From: an uncultured Thermoplasmata archaeon
Lineage (GTDB): Archaea > Thermoplasmatota > Thermoplasmata > RBG-16-68-12
Length of the DNA: 64,000 bases
Direction: 5' to 3'
Assembly (NCBI GenBank): GCA_963768855.1
Contig: CAVYJM010000017.1
Coordinates: 1 to 64,000, forward strand
In this document: one piece after another, positions 28,073 to 36,712 of the stretch
Position numbering within the stretch: the first letter of the stretch is position 1
How the letters are laid out: each line of letters starts with the position of its first letter
The notes under the pieces: generated by a model
Told to the model about the DNA's origin: nothing
The model's database searches: none
The model's input: the letters and a program-made list of their open reading frames with translations, nothing else
Position numbers and translations under genes: made by a program

Positions 28073-28432
28073 ATGACCAACACAAGGACCAGTTCTCTCA
28101 CATGGCTTGCGATTGCGCTCATCGTAGCCGTCGGGCTCATGATTGCGCTCGGCGCAATGGCCATGACCGCGTACGGCGGGTACTACGGCATGATGGGGAG
28201 CAGCTCCTGGGGCTGGGGGCTCGTGATGATGGGAGTGCCTGGCGTGATCCTAGTTCTGATCCTCCTCGCGGCCCTCGGCGGGCTCGGGGACCATTCGATA
28301 GCAACGGGCGGAGTAGGCAGGTCCGCGAATGCCCTCGACATCCTCGACGAGCGCTATGCCCGTGGAGAGCTGAGCCGCGAGGAATATCTCCGCGCACGCG
28401 GGGACCTGGGACACGGGCGAGCGGATTCCTGA
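28073..28432 (+). CDS. SHOCT domain membrane protein
   Basis: Met/Gly-rich GMMG..WG TM region; ALDILDERYARGELSREEY; GGAGG RBS. Confidence 0.85.
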   Translation: MTNTRTSSLTWLAIALIVAVGLMIALGAMAMTAYGGYYGMMGSSSWGWGLVMMGVPGVILVLILLAALGGLGDHSIATGGVGRSANALDILDERYARGELSREEYLRARGDLGHGRADS

Positions 28433-28441
28433 GGTGAGGCG

Positions 28442-28996
28442 ATGGTCGAGTATCTCAACTGTGCGGAGTGCGGCGTGCGGCTCAAGGGCGAGAACGAAGC
28501 GGCCCACATGCGGAAGGTCCACCCGAACGTCGATTACTCCCCCCGGGAGCAGGCCCCATCGCGGCCCAAGAAGGAATCCTTCTACCTGACGGACCGCACG
28601 AAGAAGGCACTCTTCGCGATCGTCATCGCGGTCGCGTTCGTAATCGCCGGGGCACTGTTGCTCCGGAACGTCGGCGAGAACACGCCGGTCGACTCCAGCG
28701 CCACGCCGGTCCACGTCTCCATGTCGGGCTTCGAACCCACGACGATTACGGTGAAGGCGGGGGCGCTGCTCAAGATTGATCTAATCAACATGGACAACCA
28801 GTACCACACCGACGGCGGGGGCTGGCACAACTTCGCGATGGACGATTTCTCCATGAACGTAAGCGTGGAGCCCTCCGGCCAGAAGGTGTTCACGGTCCCG
28901 ACGAACACTCCGGGAACGTACGGATGGTACTGCAGTGTATGCTGCGGGGGACGGGCGAGTCCTTCGATGAACGGACGACTCGTGGTGCAGGCCTAG
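28442..28996 (+). CDS. C2H2 zinc finger-TM-cupredoxin protein
   Basis: CAEC-x11-H-x4-H, TM, GFEPTTITVKAG, WHNF, GTYGWYCSVCCGGRASPSMNGRLVV. Confidence 0.82.
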   Translation: MVEYLNCAECGVRLKGENEAAHMRKVHPNVDYSPREQAPSRPKKESFYLTDRTKKALFAIVIAVAFVIAGALLLRNVGENTPVDSSATPVHVSMSGFEPTTITVKAGALLKIDLINMDNQYHTDGGGWHNFAMDDFSMNVSVEPSGQKVFTVPTNTPGTYGWYCSVCCGGRASPSMNGRLVVQA

Positions 28997-29007
28997 GAGT
29001 CGATTCT

Positions 29008-29832
29008 GTGCGAGCCCTGGTGCCCCGGACCTGGACGCTCTTCGGCGGTGCCGCCATCCTCTCCGGGATCGGGCTCGCGTTCGGCGTCCAAGCGTCCGGA
29101 GGCGCCACCGACCTCACCCCGTGGGTCGTGGCCCTCGCCGGACTCGCGGACGGGTTCAACCCCTGCTCCTTCGCGGGGCTTCTTGTCTTCGCCTCCGTGA
29201 CGACCGCGGCGTTCGACCGCCAGGTCTTGGCCTGCCACGCGACAGAAATCCCGGAAGCGAAGCCACAAGGCCGGCCGCGGATCATCCGGAACGGGACCGT
29301 GTATATCGCGGGGCTCTTCGCCACGTACATGGCCCTGGGGCTCGGCCTGCTCAGCGCGATGAATCTGCTCACGGAGGGACATTGGGTCGGGAAGGCCGCG
29401 GCCCTCATGAGCATGGCCATGGGCGCCTGGGTCCTGCGGGACGCGCTGTTCCCCGGAGGCCGCTGGAAACTCGAGATGCCGAAATTGTTCCGGCCTGGCG
29501 TCCACAAGGCCCTCCAGGCCACGTTCCTGCCCGCGGTGTTCGTGACCGGGGTCCTTGTGGGTCTCTGCACCGTTCCGTGCACGGGCGGCATCTATCTCGG
29601 CGTCCTGGCGCTCCTGTCGGCTCAAGGCGGCGCCGCGGGAGGACTGAGCCTCCTCATCCTCTACAATGTGATGTTCGTGCTTCCCCTCGTGGCCGTCCTA
29701 GCGCTCGTTACGAGCCGGTTCACGTATCGAGGCGTCGCGCGCTGGCACCTCCGCACGAAAGGACTTGTGAAGGTCCTCCTCGGCCTCGTCATGCTGGCGC
29801 TGGGCCTGGGGACCTTGATCATCTTGACATGA
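29008..29832 (+). CDS. ccdA: CcdA/DsbD-TM family protein
   Basis: ADGFNPCSF and GLCTVPCTGGIYL Cys pair; multiple TM segments; GTG start with AGGAG RBS. Confidence 0.8.
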   Translation: MRALVPRTWTLFGGAAILSGIGLAFGVQASGGATDLTPWVVALAGLADGFNPCSFAGLLVFASVTTAAFDRQVLACHATEIPEAKPQGRPRIIRNGTVYIAGLFATYMALGLGLLSAMNLLTEGHWVGKAAALMSMAMGAWVLRDALFPGGRWKLEMPKLFRPGVHKALQATFLPAVFVTGVLVGLCTVPCTGGIYLGVLALLSAQGGAAGGLSLLILYNVMFVLPLVAVLALVTSRFTYRGVARWHLRTKGLVKVLLGLVMLALGLGTLIILT

Positions 29833-29938
29833 CCCCACGCGGACGCCGGGGTAATCGGTCCCGCCCATCAAGGCGGGCGAGCCCAGTTTGCCTCACCCCC
29901 GCCAAAGGAGTATAATCCGGTGCGGTGTTCCTCGGACC

Positions 29939-30979
29939 GTGGAGCTCGCCACGCTCGCCAAGTTCCCCTTCCTCCGGGAGGCGGCGGCCTACATCCGCGC
30001 CGAGAAGATCACCCTCGAGGAGCTCCTCTCCGAGCCGGCGTATTCCCGCGGGAGGGCGCTGGGGAAGGCGCGCGTCCTCGAAGCCCTGGAGAAGGGGCCC
30101 CCGACCGGCCGTGTCGCCGTCGACGAGGCGGATCAGCTCAGCCAGCTCCTCGCCTACCCCGTCGCGCGGATCCTCGTGTCCGCCAACGCCGACAATTACC
30201 TGATTCGGCGGTTCGCGCTGAGGGAGGCGATGGCGGCCGAACTCCGCCTCGAGTCCCAGCCGGACGACCTCGTCCTCCACCTGGCCGCAGAGCTCGGGAT
30301 GGACCTCCGCCGGGAAGACGGCGCGTTCCGCCTGCACTTCACCGACTTCCTCCGCTACACGAACACGATGCGCGAGCCGTCCTGGAAGCTCATCAACCAG
30401 AAGCTCGACGGCGGATACGTGCACCTGCGCCGGGAGAAGGCGCTCCGCGTGATGCGGAACGCGATCGAGCGGCACATCGAGGAGGGACTCCCCATCCCGG
30501 TCAACGACACGATCGAGGAGACGTTCAAGCCGGACCTGGGCGAGATCCATGGCTTGCTCGAGGCCAAGAAGGCCACGTTCAAGGCGGACGACATCGGGAA
30601 GGTGAGCATCACCCGGTTCCCGCCGTGCATGTACAACCTCCTGGCCCAGATCCAGAACCACGAGAACGTCCCCCACATGGGCCGCTTCGCGATCGTGTCG
30701 TTCCTGCACCACATCGGCCTCCGCAACGAGGAGATTTACCGCGTTTTCGGGGACGTGCCCGACTTCGCGGCGGACGTCACGAAGTACCAGATCGAGCACA
30801 TCACGGGGACGACGTCCGCGACGGAATACACGCCGCCCGAGTGCGCCACGATGAAGTCGTACGGGATCTGTCCCGGCCCCGACCGTCTGTGTCTGAAGAT
30901 CAAGCACCCCCTGAGCTACTACCGGATCAAAGGGAAGGAGCGGCGACCTCCTGGCGAGACCGTGGCCACCGCGGTGTAG
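29939..30979 (+). CDS. priL: Archaeal DNA primase large subunit
   Basis: AKFPFLREA, RRFALRE, FPPCMYNLL..H.GRFAIVSFL, YQIEHI, YTPPECATMKSYGIC, HPLSYY. Confidence 0.93.
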   Translation: MELATLAKFPFLREAAAYIRAEKITLEELLSEPAYSRGRALGKARVLEALEKGPPTGRVAVDEADQLSQLLAYPVARILVSANADNYLIRRFALREAMAAELRLESQPDDLVLHLAAELGMDLRREDGAFRLHFTDFLRYTNTMREPSWKLINQKLDGGYVHLRREKALRVMRNAIERHIEEGLPIPVNDTIEETFKPDLGEIHGLLEAKKATFKADDIGKVSITRFPPCMYNLLAQIQNHENVPHMGRFAIVSFLHHIGLRNEEIYRVFGDVPDFAADVTKYQIEHITGTTSATEYTPPECATMKSYGICPGPDRLCLKIKHPLSYYRIKGKERRPPGETVATAV

Positions 30980-31049
30980 GGGATCCCCCGGGCAAACCTT
31001 CTTGGCGCTCCGGTGGCATCGAAGGCACGTGGAGCGGGAAGCAGGGGCC

Positions 31050-31883
31050 ATGGCCGGTCGCGTGTGCATCGTGACGGGGCCGACATCGGGCATCGGCGCG
31101 GAGATTGCCCGCGGCCTTGGCGCACGGGGGGCGACCGTGGTGCTCGCCTGCCGAAACCCAGAGAAGGGCGCCGCCCTGCGGGAAATGCTGACCCGCGAGA
31201 CAGGGAACGCGGACCTGTCCGTCGCGCCCCTCGATCTCGCAAGCCTCGCGTCCATCCGGGAATTCGCCCGCCGGTTCGAGCAGGACCACGAGCGGCTCCA
31301 CGTGCTCGTGAACAACGCGGGGATCTTCCTGCGCCATCGGGAGCTCTCCCCCGACGGGCTCGAAATGCAGCTCATGGTGAACGCCCTGGCGCCGTTCTAC
31401 CTGACGAACCTCCTGCGCGGACCGCTCCTCGCAGGTGCGCCGTCCCGGGTGGTGAACGTGGCCTCGACCGCGCAACGGGGCGGCCGCGTGGACTTCGACG
31501 ACCTCCAGAAGGAACGGGCGTACAGCGGTTTCCGCGCGTACACGGACTCCAAGTTCGCGCTCGTCCTCCTGTCGTACGAACAAGCGAGGCGGTGGCAAGG
31601 GACAGGTATCTCGGTGAACGCGCTCCACCCCGGCCGCATCCGGACGAACCTGGGAAAGGGCGAGTACCCCGCCGGGGCAGGCCTGTTCAAGCTCTTGTTC
31701 AAAAGCCCGAGGAAGGGCGCGGAGACGCCCCTCTACGTTGCGACGTCCCCCGAACTCAACGAGACGACCGGGAAGTACTACTCCGGGAAACGCGCGATCC
31801 CGTCCGATCCAGGTACATACGACGCGGCGGTGGCGAGACGCCTCTGGGACGAGAGCGCCAGGCTCGTCGGCCTCGCGACCTAG
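31050..31883 (+). CDS. SDR-family oxidoreductase (retinol dehydrogenase-like)
   Basis: TGPTSGIG, LVNNAG, YTDSK, LHPGRIRT. Confidence 0.9.
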   Translation: MAGRVCIVTGPTSGIGAEIARGLGARGATVVLACRNPEKGAALREMLTRETGNADLSVAPLDLASLASIREFARRFEQDHERLHVLVNNAGIFLRHRELSPDGLEMQLMVNALAPFYLTNLLRGPLLAGAPSRVVNVASTAQRGGRVDFDDLQKERAYSGFRAYTDSKFALVLLSYEQARRWQGTGISVNALHPGRIRTNLGKGEYPAGAGLFKLLFKSPRKGAETPLYVATSPELNETTGKYYSGKRAIPSDPGTYDAAVARRLWDESARLVGLAT

Positions 31884-32524
31884 GGCCCTTTCGCGGCGGG
31901 GCTGAAACCCCGCCAGATCCCGATTGCCCTCTGGATGGCTGTCGCGTTCGCGAGGACCGCGAAGAGCACCATGATCCACCCGAGGGGGCCGAAGCTCACC
32001 ACGCCGACGCCCCACAGCAGGTTCCCTGATGGTGCCGCGACGAGCTGGACGAACCCGCCAAGGGCGAGAAGCACGAGGCGGTCCGCGCGGCCGAGGATCC
32101 CCGCGTACCGGCGGCCCTGGCCCAGGGCCTGGGCCTGGGTCCCCATGTACGACGTGAGGAGGACCCCGATAATCGCGAGGGTGCCGATCCAAAGGCTGCA
32201 GTACGCGGCGTTGAAAGCGAGCCCAGTGAGGAGGAACACGTCTCCGTAGCGATCAAAGACATGGTCGAGGAAGTCCCCGCGAAGGGACGTCTTCCCGAAC
32301 ATCTTCGCGACCTTGCCGTCGAGGGCATCCGAGTAGGCGCTAACGAGGATCAGAATCAGGGCAAGGAGCAGGAACCCGGCCCCGCCGACGTAGAACGACA
32401 GGCCGGCGAGGCCGGCGGCGCCGAGCCCAATCCACGAGATCGTGTTCGGGTTCACGCGGCCGAGCCGCCGGGCGACGGGGACGAGGAGGCGGTCGGCCGC
32501 AGGGCGGAACCGGTCTAGTACCAC
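31880..32524 (-). CDS. CDP-alcohol phosphatidyltransferase (archaetidylinositol phosphate synthase-like)
   Basis: DALDGKVAK..G.FLDHVFDRYGD, SYMGTQAQ, RADRL; GTG start overlaps the upstream stop. Confidence 0.9.
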   Translation of the reverse strand: MVLDRFRPAADRLLVPVARRLGRVNPNTISWIGLGAAGLAGLSFYVGGAGFLLLALILILVSAYSDALDGKVAKMFGKTSLRGDFLDHVFDRYGDVFLLTGLAFNAAYCSLWIGTLAIIGVLLTSYMGTQAQALGQGRRYAGILGRADRLVLLALGGFVQLVAAPSGNLLWGVGVVSFGPLGWIMVLFAVLANATAIQRAIGIWRGFSPAAKGP

Positions 32525-33045
32525 GAGAGCACCTCCTCGCTCCAGTCCACCGAACCGGGCGCGTGACCCTGCGTGCGGCCCTGGAGGATTCCGAGGACCG
32601 CCTCCGCGGTCTGCTCGGGGGTGCTCGAGGTCGTGTCCACCTCGTAGACGAGGGGGAGAGACTCCGTGGCCTCCTGGGTAATCACGTCGATCGCCTCGGC
32701 CTCCACGTTCTCCCGGATCTTCTCGGAAGGCCAGCCGCGCGCCTCGAGGCGCGAGCGCAGGACGGAGGGACGGCAGCGGAGGACGACGGCCAGGTTCACG
32801 TCCATTCGGTGGCTGTAGTGGGAGTGGAGGAAGGCGATCTTGGCGGGCACCCGCAGGCTCTCCCGCAGGGCGTCCACGTCGACCTCGTCGGTCTGGCGGG
32901 CCTCGTCCCGGCCGACGATGAACCCGTCTCTCCGGGCCACCTCGTCCAGGTCGACGACCGCGTAGCCCCGCCGCGCAAGGACATCGCACGCGGAGGTCTT
33001 CCCCGTCCCAGGCGTCCCCGTCACCGCGACGAGCACGAGCGACAC
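32515..33045 (-). CDS. Archaeal adenylate kinase, AK6/Fap7 type
   Basis: VTGTPGTGKT, SH.SH, LRCRPSVLRSRLEARGW..KIRENVEAE. Confidence 0.88.
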   Translation of the reverse strand: MSLVLVAVTGTPGTGKTSACDVLARRGYAVVDLDEVARRDGFIVGRDEARQTDEVDVDALRESLRVPAKIAFLHSHYSHRMDVNLAVVLRCRPSVLRSRLEARGWPSEKIRENVEAEAIDVITQEATESLPLVYEVDTTSSTPEQTAEAVLGILQGRTQGHAPGSVDWSEEVLSWY

Positions 33046-33064
33046 GATGGAATGAAGCGTTAAA

Positions 33065-33535
33065 TCACTTGCGGCCGCCGATGCCGTACCGCCCGCGCTC
33101 GTACAGCTTCCGGAGATACGGGTCCCGCAGTGCGTGACCCGTGAACGTACCGACGATGTTCACGAGGAACCCCACCACGTACAACACAAGGCCGTAGTGG
33201 GCGAGGAAGAACGGGACCTCATCGGGCGAGACGACGTAGAGACCTGTGAGACCCGGGGAAAGACCCATTGCGGTCGAGACCACGAGGGCGATCGGGACGG
33301 ACCCGAAGGACGAGATCATGGCGAGCGGGACGTCGTCCGCGGCGAAGCCGACGAGGACGGAAGTAACCGAGAGAACGAAGAGGATCCAGAGCAGGCTCGC
33401 GTCGCCCGAGGTGGGGACGGTCGACGACGGGAAGACGCCGTAGAACACGACGTAGCCGAGGGAGAGCCCGAGGACTCCGGAGAGCTCGACCGCCTTCCCG
33501 ATGCGGCCGAGGAGGGATCGTGCGTCACGCGCCAA
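33065..33535 (-). CDS. Hypothetical multi-TM membrane protein
   Basis: Four hydrophobic segments; TTG start with AGGAGG RBS inside the end of the upstream gene. Confidence 0.7.
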   Translation of the reverse strand: MARDARSLLGRIGKAVELSGVLGLSLGYVVFYGVFPSSTVPTSGDASLLWILFVLSVTSVLVGFAADDVPLAMISSFGSVPIALVVSTAMGLSPGLTGLYVVSPDEVPFFLAHYGLVLYVVGFLVNIVGTFTGHALRDPYLRKLYERGRYGIGGRK

Positions 33536-34208
33536 GGTCCAGTCCCTCCTGGAGGCTGACGCGCGCGTTGTCACGCAGGTAGTCGGCGGCGGAGGAGGAG
33601 GCGGGAGGGGGGACCCCGTCGATGGCCAGGCTGACCAGGACCCACACGTTCCAGGGAATCGCCGACGCCGAGACGCCCCGGGCCACCGAGAAAGCCGTGA
33701 TGTTTTGGACCGCTGCGAAGCGGGCGCTGTCCACAGCCCTGGACAGGGTGCGGGTGAGGGTCAGCGTCCCGTTCCCATTCGCCGGGACGGTCAGAGGACT
33801 TACCGCTGCGGATCCGAACAACGCCATGAAGAACTGCTCCACGACGGACCCGTTCACGAGCGCATTGTCCGTGCGGCCGAGGCCCGGGAGCCTCGCCTCC
33901 ATGGGTCCATCCTCGATCCAAGCCTTGTAGCCCACGAGATCCAAGATGAGGGTCCGGGGGCTCGGGTTGTGGAACGTGAGAGACAGCGTGAAGACGACCG
34001 ATCCGTTCGCCGTGAGGTTGCCGCCCGCGTCGAGGTCGTGGAACTCGAACTGGTGAATCGCTACGAAGCTCGGGAGGGCGTGCGCCTCCCCGACCGCAAT
34101 ATACACTTGCGCGGAGGCCACGACGAGGGCCGCGAGCACGATGGCGATGATCAGGACGAGGACCTGGGGGAGGGTCTCGGCGCGGGCCACCAAGCGGAGA
34201 CGCTTCAT
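33525..34208 (-). CDS. TM-anchored LEA_2-like beta-sandwich protein (tentative)
   Basis: N-terminal TM; LSLTFHNPSPRTLILDLVGY motif; ATGA overlap with the oppF stop. Confidence 0.6.
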   Translation of the reverse strand: MKRLRLVARAETLPQVLVLIIAIVLAALVVASAQVYIAVGEAHALPSFVAIHQFEFHDLDAGGNLTANGSVVFTLSLTFHNPSPRTLILDLVGYKAWIEDGPMEARLPGLGRTDNALVNGSVVEQFFMALFGSAAVSPLTVPANGNGTLTLTRTLSRAVDSARFAAVQNITAFSVARGVSASAIPWNVWVLVSLAIDGVPPPASSSAADYLRDNARVSLQEGLDLGA

Positions 34209-35368
34209 GGTTTCGCCGACGAAGCAAGCATCGGATCGACCTCGGGGGCCCGAGTCGCCAACGCCGGCTCCGTCAACCGTCCCTCGAAGATATCCGCAGC
34301 AAAGTGACATTCCGCGAAGTGTCCCGGAAACACCTCCACGTTCGGGGGGGCGGTCGTCTTGCAGATCTCTTGCGCGAGGAGGCATCGCGTCCGGAACCGG
34401 CATCCGCTCGGCATGTCGATGGGGCTCGGGAGCTCCCCCTTGATCGTCACGTCCGAGTACACGTGCTCGGGATCCGGGATGGGGACTGCGGAGAGGAGAG
34501 CGCGGGTGTACGGGTGGGTGGGACGGGAGATGATGTCCTCCGTGGAGGCCGTCTCCACGATCCGGCCCAGGTACATGACCGCAATCCGGTCCGACATGTA
34601 GCGGGCCACCGCGATGTCGTGAGTGATAAACACGTAGGGGATCTGGTACTTGGCCCTCAGGTCGAGCATGAGGTTCATCACGCCGGCCCGGATCGACACG
34701 TCGAGCATGGAGACGGGCTCGTCCGCGATGATGATCTTCGGGTTCAGCGCGACCGCGCGGGCGATGGAGACCCGCTGTCGTTGCCCGCCCGAGAGCTCAT
34801 GGGGGAATCGGTCCATGAAATCCTGACCGGGACGGAGGCCCGAGTCCTCCAAGGCACGGATCACGAGCTCCTCGCGCTGCTCCCGGGTCTCCCCGATCGA
34901 GTGGATGAGGAGGGGCTCCGAAACGGCCCGGAACACGTTGAACCGCGGATTCAGGGATTCATAGGGATCCTGGAAAATCATCTGCAATTCTCGCCGGAAC
35001 TGGAACAAGTTGCGCCCATCTAAGGAGGCGATGTCCACGGCGGCGCCCCTCGGTCCGCCCGCCTTGTCTCCCTGGCTTTCGGCCCGAATTAGGATGCGGC
35101 CCTCGGTCGGCACCTCGAGCCGGGAGAGCAGCCGGCCCGTGGTCGTCTTGCCGCATCCGCTCTCGCCCACGAGCCCGAGGATCTCGCCCCTTCTAAGCTG
35201 GAAGTCGAGACCGTCCACCGCGTGGACGAACACCGACTTGCTGTGCAAGGACCGCAGGAATCCCATCCTCAGTTCGAAGTACTTCTTCAGGCCCTCGACT
35301 CGGACGATCACATCAGGGTCGAGCACCATGTCCGCCGAAGCATCCGAGGAGACCGCCTCGGCGCTCAT
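34205..35368 (-). CDS. oppF: Oligopeptide ABC ATPase
   Basis: GESGCGKTT, IFQDPYESLNP, HELSGGQRQR, HPYTRALL, GCRFRTRC...C..AECH. Confidence 0.92.
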   Translation of the reverse strand: MSAEAVSSDASADMVLDPDVIVRVEGLKKYFELRMGFLRSLHSKSVFVHAVDGLDFQLRRGEILGLVGESGCGKTTTGRLLSRLEVPTEGRILIRAESQGDKAGGPRGAAVDIASLDGRNLFQFRRELQMIFQDPYESLNPRFNVFRAVSEPLLIHSIGETREQREELVIRALEDSGLRPGQDFMDRFPHELSGGQRQRVSIARAVALNPKIIIADEPVSMLDVSIRAGVMNLMLDLRAKYQIPYVFITHDIAVARYMSDRIAVMYLGRIVETASTEDIISRPTHPYTRALLSAVPIPDPEHVYSDVTIKGELPSPIDMPSGCRFRTRCLLAQEICKTTAPPNVEVFPGHFAECHFAADIFEGRLTEPALATRAPEVDPMLASSAKP

Positions 35369-36711
35369 CGCTGAATCAGCCCCCCTTGCGCATGGAAATC
35401 GGTCGAGAAGTGACAGAGGGCTCGATGCGGGGGCTGACCCAACGTGAAGTACGTCGGCTCCGTGGTCTTGCAGATGTCCTTCGCGTACTTGCAGCGTGGA
35501 TGGAAACGGCATCCTGCGGGGGGCGTCACGAGACTTGGCGGACTCCCTGGGATCGCCTCCAAGCGACGCTTCTCCCCCTTGACGTTCGGGAACGCACCGA
35601 GGAGTCCCTCCGTGTACGGATGCAGGGTATCGTGGAAGATCTCCTTGGAGGAGCTCTCCTCGATGAGCTGGCCTGCATACATGACGCAGATTCGATCCGC
35701 GACCTTGGCGACCGTGGACACGTCGTGAGAGATGATGATGAGGGTCATCTTGAGCTGCTTCTGGATGCGGAGGACCTCGTCCATGATTTTGGCAGCTGTG
35801 ATGACGTCGAGGGCTGTCGTCGGCTCGTCCATGATCACGAGCTTCGGATTGAGGGCGAGCGCCATCGCGATCATCGCCCGCTGTTTCATGCCGCCGCTGT
35901 ACTCGTGTGGATAGTTGTCGATCCGATCCTCCGGGATCCCGACCAGACGGAACAGCTCTTCAACTCGCCGGCGAGCCTGGTTGTCCTTTATGTCATCGTG
36001 GGCTTGGATCGCTTCGACGATCTGGTGTCCCACGGTGTAGACGGGGTTGAGCGCATTCATCGCCCCCTGGAAGACCAGGGAGATCTGCTTCCACCGGATT
36101 GCGTTCAACTTCGGATTGTATTCCTTGAGACTCCCGTCCTCCCGACGGGTGATTTGAATCATGTCGCCTTCCTGGCTCGCCGCCGACAGGCGTGCCTTGG
36201 CCTCCGACAAGGGTCGCGCCGCGCTGCGGCTCCCGCCTTCTACCTGCTGCTCGAGGGTTTCAACCTGCTTCTGCAAGGCCTCAATCTCTGCGTGCAGATA
36301 GTGCTGATACGTCTTCGACAAGGGGTAGTCGGGATCGCCATGGGACTCGGATCCTCCTCCAAGCCTCCGGAGGAATCCGCCGTTCTCCGGTTCAAGCACA
36401 TCCTGACCCGCCGGGCGATGCGCCCCCAGATCGGCGGCCATCCGCGATTCCGCGAGCCGCCAATATTCGGGACGGTAACGTTCGACGGCGGGCTTCGAAT
36501 CGAAGAGGATCTGGCCCCCGAGGACATGCGCGTTCGAGGGGAGGAGCTGGGTGATGGCGTAGGCGAGCGTCGTCTTCCCGCAGCCGCTCTCCCCCACGAG
36601 GCCAATCGTCTCGCCTTCCGCCATGTCGAGGTTGACGCCATCCACGGCGCGTACCCAACCCTGCCGGACCTTGAAGTAGACTTTCAGGTTCCGGATGGAG
36701 AGGAGGGGCAC
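35365..36711 (-). CDS. oppD: Oligopeptide ABC ATPase with ~125-aa insertion
   Basis: GESGCGKTT, VFQGAMNALNP, YSGGMKQR, DEPTTALDV, GCRFHPRC; long insert between GQILFD and IRWKQIS. Confidence 0.9.
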   Translation of the reverse strand: MPLLSIRNLKVYFKVRQGWVRAVDGVNLDMAEGETIGLVGESGCGKTTLAYAITQLLPSNAHVLGGQILFDSKPAVERYRPEYWRLAESRMAADLGAHRPAGQDVLEPENGGFLRRLGGGSESHGDPDYPLSKTYQHYLHAEIEALQKQVETLEQQVEGGSRSAARPLSEAKARLSAASQEGDMIQITRREDGSLKEYNPKLNAIRWKQISLVFQGAMNALNPVYTVGHQIVEAIQAHDDIKDNQARRRVEELFRLVGIPEDRIDNYPHEYSGGMKQRAMIAMALALNPKLVIMDEPTTALDVITAAKIMDEVLRIQKQLKMTLIIISHDVSTVAKVADRICVMYAGQLIEESSSKEIFHDTLHPYTEGLLGAFPNVKGEKRRLEAIPGSPPSLVTPPAGCRFHPRCKYAKDICKTTEPTYFTLGQPPHRALCHFSTDFHAQGGLIQR

Positions 36712-36712
36712 C

